This document shows, piece by piece, positions 58,889 to 64,000 of a DNA stretch of 64,000 bases (its first letter is position 1; every line of letters begins with the position of its first letter). Origin of the DNA: an uncultured Planctomycetaceae bacterium (GTDB lineage Bacteria; Planctomycetota; Planctomycetia; Planctomycetales; Planctomycetaceae); contig CAWFGE010000017.1 of the NCBI GenBank assembly GCA_963815195.1, positions 96,001 through 160,000 of the forward strand, read 5' to 3'. Both the position numbers and the translations under genes were made by a program. Under the pieces are notes generated by a model. The model saw nothing but the letters and a program-made list of their open reading frames with translations, was not told where the DNA came from and made no database searches.

Positions 58889-61282
58889 TCATTCAAACTC
58901 GTTCCAATCGACGAGTTCGATGGGCGGGCGGAGGATTTCTTCGAAGCCGCTTCTTTGGCTGGTTTTGACGCCTTTGCCGGCGCGGGAGGTGACATTGTAT
59001 TTCATCTGCCCGAAGCTCAACTGCTTGCCGTTGGTATTTGTGACCCGCAGGCAATCGCTGGGGCGGGACAGAAGCTGCGCTCCCAACACGCGGTCTCCCG
59101 CTTCGAGCTTGATGCCCATCACGCCTTTGCCGGGATTGACCAACAGCGGAACTTCCTCCAAGGCGAAGTGGATGATGCGGGCGTTTTCGCTGGCGAGGAA
59201 CAACGTCTGTGCGTCGTGAATCAGTTCCACATGCACCACGCGGTCGTTCGGGCGGAGCCGGCAGAACTTGCGGCCGGCTTTCGTCGAGGCGGTGCGGTAA
59301 GGGCTCAGCGAAATCCGCATCACCTGTCCCGAAGCCGTCGCGATGAACAAAAACGGAGCCGGCGTCGGCTCTTTTTTGACCTTGGTATCTTCCGGCGTGA
59401 AGCGGGGATCGGTGGTGAGCGCCCCGATGATGCTCACCCCGTCGCCCAGCCGGGCGTGCTTGGACAGCGGCTCGCCGTAACCGGAGGAGACCGGGATTTG
59501 ATCGATGGGCAGCGTATAGGCGATGCCGTCGGAGGAGAAGAAGATCATGTGCTCCAAGGTGCTGCCGGGCAGGACGTCCAGGACGCTGTCGCCTTCGCGG
59601 ACGCGGGTGGTTTCGACTTTTTGCAGCCGATTGACCCGCTTGATCCAGCCCTCCCGCGTGACGACGACGTTCGTGTTCTCCCGCACGATGTAGGCTTGCG
59701 GATCGTACTCGGCGATGTCTTCGGTCGAGCCGATGATGGTCCGGCGTTTGTCGCCGAACTTCTCCGCGATCTCTTCCAGTTCCGTCTCGACGACATTCCA
59801 CAAGCGTTTGTCCGAAGCCAAGAGCTTGCGGATGTCGTCGGCTTCTTTTTGCTTCTGGCGGAGTTCTTCGAGGATGTTGTCGATTTCCAGTTGAGAAATC
59901 TTATAGAGCATCAATTCCAGAATGGCGTTCGTTTGCTCGGCATCCAAGGGGAACGCGGCCATGAGTTTTTCGGCGGCATCCTGTTTGCCGGCGCTGTTGC
60001 GGATGATCTTGAGGGCCTTGTCCAGCCCGTCAAAAATGATCGCCAGGCCTTCCAGAATGTGGATCCTTTTTTCCAACTGCTCCAACTGGAATTGGAAGCG
60101 GCGTTTGACGGTTTCAAAGCGGAAGTCCAAGAAATGCCGGAGCATCTCCGCCAGGCCCACGCGGGCGGGGACCATCACGCCGGCTTCGTCGGGAATGAGA
60201 CACGTTAAATTATAGGCGAAGTTTTGTTCGAGGGCGGTGTGCTTGTAGAGGTACTCCATCACCGCGTCGGGATCGGAGCCGGGCTTGAGCTCCAGAATGA
60301 TCCGCAGCCCGTTGGCATCGTTGGTTTCGTCGCCGACGTACAAAAGTTGCGGCAGTTTGCGGCCTTCGCAAATCTGGCCCAAGTCCTCGAGCAACGGCCC
60401 GGTGCTGACCATATAAGGCACCGAATAAATCACCAGCCGGTTCGGAACTTCCTTTTTCTTTTCGGCGTCGAACTGCCACTCGGCCCGGACTTTGACCGAA
60501 CCCCGGCCTTCTTCGTAAGTCGTCCGCAGGGTTTTCCGGTCGGTGACGAGCTTCCCGCCCAAGGGAAAATCCGGGCCTTTGACGTATTTCATCAGTTGGG
60601 CGACGGTGGCGTCGGGATGGCCGATGAGATGCACGCAGGCTTTGATGACCTCGCCCAAGTTGTGCGGCGGGATGCTGGTCGCCATGCCCACGGCGATGCC
60701 TTGCGTCCCGTTGACAAGCAGGTTCGGAAACCTCGCGGGCAAAACGACCGGCTCCTGCTGTTCGCCGTCGTAGTTGGGCCGCATCTCAACCACGCGATAC
60801 CGCAGTTCCGACATCAACTCTTCGGCGACCCGAGCGAGTTTGACTTCGGTGTAACGCGCGGCGGCGTGGGGCAGGCCCATCACCGAACCAAAATTCCCCT
60901 GCCCACTGACGAGCGGGTAGCGCAACGTGAAATCCTGAGCCAACCGCACGAGGGCTTCATAAACCGCGGCTTCGCCGTGCGGGTGAAAGTTCCCGGTCGT
61001 GTCGCCGCAGACTTTCATGGACTTGCGGCGTTTGGCATCGGCGGTGAGCCTGAGGCCCTGGTACATCACGAACATGATCCGCCGCTGCACGGGCTTCAAA
61101 CCGTCCCGCACGTCCGGGAGCGCGCGGGAGGTGATGACCGACATGGCATAGTTCAAATATCGCCGGCGGGTCTCGTTGCTGATGGAGACGTATTGAATCC
61201 GGTCCGATTCATCCACCGCGTCCGCGCCGTTGGTGTTCGATTTTCCGTTCTTCGATCGAGGCTTCTTCGCCAAGGGGGTCAA
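58889..61282 (-). CDS. parC: Type IIA topoisomerase subunit A, probably topoisomerase IV (no GyrA box)
   Basis: RALPDVRDGLKPVQRR, HPHG, AAARYTE, GIAVGMAT.IPPHN; no QRRGGKG at the start of the CTD. Confidence 0.8.
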   Translation of the reverse strand: MTPLAKKPRSKNGKSNTNGADAVDESDRIQYVSISNETRRRYLNYAMSVITSRALPDVRDGLKPVQRRIMFVMYQGLRLTADAKRRKSMKVCGDTTGNFHPHGEAAVYEALVRLAQDFTLRYPLVSGQGNFGSVMGLPHAAARYTEVKLARVAEELMSELRYRVVEMRPNYDGEQQEPVVLPARFPNLLVNGTQGIAVGMATSIPPHNLGEVIKACVHLIGHPDATVAQLMKYVKGPDFPLGGKLVTDRKTLRTTYEEGRGSVKVRAEWQFDAEKKKEVPNRLVIYSVPYMVSTGPLLEDLGQICEGRKLPQLLYVGDETNDANGLRIILELKPGSDPDAVMEYLYKHTALEQNFAYNLTCLIPDEAGVMVPARVGLAEMLRHFLDFRFETVKRRFQFQLEQLEKRIHILEGLAIIFDGLDKALKIIRNSAGKQDAAEKLMAAFPLDAEQTNAILELMLYKISQLEIDNILEELRQKQKEADDIRKLLASDKRLWNVVETELEEIAEKFGDKRRTIIGSTEDIAEYDPQAYIVRENTNVVVTREGWIKRVNRLQKVETTRVREGDSVLDVLPGSTLEHMIFFSSDGIAYTLPIDQIPVSSGYGEPLSKHARLGDGVSIIGALTTDPRFTPEDTKVKKEPTPAPFLFIATASGQVMRISLSPYRTASTKAGRKFCRLRPNDRVVHVELIHDAQTLFLASENARIIHFALEEVPLLVNPGKGVMGIKLEAGDRVLGAQLLSRPSDCLRVTNTNGKQLSFGQMKYNVTSRAGKGVKTSQRSGFEEILRPPIELVDWNEFE

Positions 61283-61313
61283 CTCCGAAATTGATTAGAC
61301 TTCTAAGCAACGG

Positions 61314-61403
61314 GCGAGCGTGGGGCGTCAGCCCCATGATCTTCCGACACTCGATGTTTCTCGCTTTTTCAATTCAATCATGGGGCGTACGCCCCACGCT
61401 CGC
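61314..61403. repeat. REP doublet, family B copy 2
   Basis: GCGAGCGTGGGGCGTCAGCCCCATGAT/ATCATGGGGCGTACGCCCCACGCTCGC. Confidence 0.85.
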
Positions 61404-61787
61404 TACGCAACATTTGTTCAGTTATTTTATATGGCCGGGGCCGATTTGGCAATGGGTGTTTCGGTCATTGGGGTTAGTGGGCATGATTGGAAACTTCTTG
61501 TTGTGCGGGCGGCCGATTTTGCGGATTCTAACACGATTGCGGCTTGGAGTCATGGGAAGGATTCTCACGCCGGGAGCCTTGGGTTATTCCGGTTGTAAGG
61601 TATTGATGGCCAATGGGTTCCGAATCGGAGTTTCATACCGGTTCGCCTGGCGAACGGGCTCATTCCTGGCTGGCCTGCCGGTCGAAACCGATAAAGCTCT
61701 CCGAGCAAACTCTCGCTTGAGGATTGGACGCAGGCGGGGGATTTTTTTCCGCTCGGCCGACGAAACCTACCCATGGAGGGAATCTCG

Positions 61788-62351
61788 ATGCCACGAATGC
61801 TCCTGCGAGCCGCGGTCGTGACTGTGTTGGCTTCGGCCGCGGCGGCCTCATCGGTGTTTGCCCAGGCTCCGCTGCCGAACCCCGGCGCGCCCGGAACCAT
61901 CCCCGATGCCGCGTCCGCCCGCCCGGTGACGCCTCCCCAGCCTTATGGAATGAACCAGGGAGCTTACGGCGTTTCCCAGCCGCCCGTGCCCATCCAGGGC
62001 GGGCAGGGGCAGCTGCCTCCGACGTATTTGCAGCAGCCTGGATACGTCTATCTCAACGCCCCCCTGTATCCGTCGCCTCAGCCGTATGTCCCGCCGGAAG
62101 TCGGAAGCACGGTGATTACGAACCAGGCCCTGGCTCCGCACGAGATGCTTTACAAACACCAATACCACGCGATGTATCCCCCGTTCTATTACAAGGTGAA
62201 CGGCCGGTGGTTCATCACGCGGAACGGCATGTTGAACCGCGAAACCTGGAAGCTGCAAGGCACGGAAGTGAAGGTGAAATACCACTCGCACATCAGCCCG
62301 TTCGCCCTGTTCTGTCCGCCGGCGACATCGTTCCACCATTTTCATCAGTAA
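61788..62351 (+). CDS. Exported Pro/Tyr/Gln-rich hypothetical protein
   Basis: GGAGGG RBS; signal peptide; LNAPLYPSP, TNQALAPHEMLY, AMYPPFYYKV. Confidence 0.8.
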   Translation: MPRMLLRAAVVTVLASAAAASSVFAQAPLPNPGAPGTIPDAASARPVTPPQPYGMNQGAYGVSQPPVPIQGGQGQLPPTYLQQPGYVYLNAPLYPSPQPYVPPEVGSTVITNQALAPHEMLYKHQYHAMYPPFYYKVNGRWFITRNGMLNRETWKLQGTEVKVKYHSHISPFALFCPPATSFHHFHQ

Positions 62352-62410
62352 ACCCCACACGCACATTTCAGGAAGTCATTTTCACGCAGACAGATTCAGG
62401 GAACGAATTT

Positions 62411-63860
62411 ATGCCCACAAACCATTTTCGCATGATGCGGCTGTTGGCGATGACGGGGCTGTTGATGCTGGTGACGTTTACGTCGGCCAAAGCGCAAGAG
62501 CCGCCGGTGAATCCCAACGTGACGGACATTGAACTTCCGCCGAAACAGCCGGCCGAGCTCGAGCCGCCCAGTCAGTTGGCCGTGCCGGAAATCGATTATC
62601 CCGACTGCGGTCCCGCGCCGGGGGCGTGGTATCCGCCGGTGTATTATCCCAATCCGACTTTGGGCTGCCCCACGGGCGTTGTGCACCGGGACTGGTGGCG
62701 GGAGACGACCTTGTGCCATCACATCCGTCACCGCCAGCGGATGCTGGAAAAAGACGATCTCTGGCGGGCCCAAAACGCCGGCCAGCCCACCTGCTGTCCG
62801 CCGCCGTCTTGCTGGGGCCATTATGACGACTGCTGCCCCGGCATCGGCTCGCGTTCGCGGTGTTTCGGTTTGAACTGGTTCGGCCTCGGTCGGAAGTGCG
62901 GCTTTTGCGGAAGCTCGTGCGGCGAAATGCCCTGCTCCCAACCTCCGGCCACGGGATGCCAGGCCGGTCCCGCGCCCGTTGGCGAGGAAACCTCGGCCCT
63001 GGAGCCGATCACTCCCGCCGCGTTCGCTCCCGAACCATTGACGGACGGGCAAACCTCGGGGGCCGTCGCAATCCTGGCGGTCGAGCAAATCGTGGAGACC
63101 GGCCCAGCGGAAGGCATCCAACTCGTGGGGCACGAACAGTCCCCATACGCGGGCGTTGAATCGGCGGGGTATTGCACCGTCAGCGACAGATGCACCCAAG
63201 GCAGCCTGCACCCAAGGCGGCTGCCGAGGATACGGCTCCGGCGGCTGGGCGAACTCCGCTCGTTGCCCGCTGATTTCCCGCTCGCATTTGTGCCCGCCCT
63301 GGTGCAAGACCCGCGGATCGGAATACTGCTACGACGACGGCTTCTGCGAATGGGACGACTGCCAAGAAGACCATTGCGACTGCATCTTCTGCCGGATGTG
63401 CTACTGCTGCAAGCTCCCCTACTGCCATCTGTGCAACTGCCTGTATGCGGACTGCCATTTGTGCAAATGCCTGTATGCCGAAGGCCCTTACCGCCGCGGC
63501 GAGCGGGGCGGCTGGCATCGCGAGGTTCCGGCCATCGGCTGCTACTACATGGCCTATCCCGTGAACCCCTATCATTTCGATCAACGGGACGGGCGGATTT
63601 ACGCGGCCCAGGGCTACGGACACCCGGTCGCCGTGCCGCTCGCGCCGAACGTCGAGCACACCTACAACTACGGATGGGGCATTCCTTCGAGCCGATTGTC
63701 GCCCGTGTCGCGGATGCCCGGCGCTCCCGGCGTCGCGAATCCCGCCGCGCCCAATGCCGCCGGTCCGGGCGTGTTTCCGCCGGGGTATCTCGCACCGCGG
63801 ATCGTTCCCGGCAGCATCAGAATTGTCCCGGAAGAAAATGCCTCCACGGAAGCCAAATAG
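62411..63860 (+). CDS. Exported Cys/Pro-rich hypothetical protein (extra C near 63205)
   Basis: Signal peptide AKA-QEPP; removing one C restores CTQGS-CTQGG-C and joins the frame ending YPVNPYHFDQRDGRIYAAQGYG...YNYGWGIPSSRL. Confidence 0.72.
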
Positions 63861-64000
63861 TCACCATCTATTGTTGATTCAACATCTCCGTTCCAGGCCT
63901 CCCACGCGGAGGGAAGATTTTTAGAATCCGCCCCCCGTCGTGCGGAGTGCCTTGGAGCGGATATTGGATTTGTCTTGAAGGCCGCAAAGGCCACAGAGGA

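Noticed and set aside
61724..63877. Single 717-aa ORF from the track
   Set aside because: Chimeric: its 5' part overlaps a better gene in another frame and its 3' part is out of frame after 63205.
1..64000. tRNA, rRNA, prophage or IS elements
   Set aside because: No cloverleaf or rRNA signatures, and no integrase, transposase or phage structural genes recognised.

Overview
GC-rich bacterial chromosomal segment with Planctomycetota (probably Planctomycetaceae) hallmarks: two DUF1559 genes, DUF1592/DUF1588, DUF1501, DUF1080 and an ECF sigma factor with a C-terminal extension. It holds about 50 mostly housekeeping or accessory genes, including folE, pepA, uvrC, csrA, flagellin, hflX and a parC-like topoisomerase subunit. 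About 12 frameshifts in 10 otherwise intact genes look like long-read indel errors. I saw no rRNA, tRNA, CRISPR array, integrase or transposase. Several families of REP/MITE-like palindromes fill the intergenic gaps. Most notable: (1) an AT-richer three-gene module at 31.4-33.4 kb (TIGR04255 protein, NWDS-motif protein, ADP-ribosyltransferase-like protein), a candidate toxin-antitoxin-chaperone-like defence system; (2) an unannotated, highly structured ~200-nt RNA at 43.7-43.9 kb with a near-consensus sigma54 promoter and intrinsic terminator; (3) a csrA-flagellin locus with a GGA-rich leader and a duplicated domain inside the flagellin; (4) a twice-occurring ~175-bp structured element; (5) Cys/Pro/Tyr-rich exported proteins. 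Family calls come from recognising motifs by eye, not from database searches.
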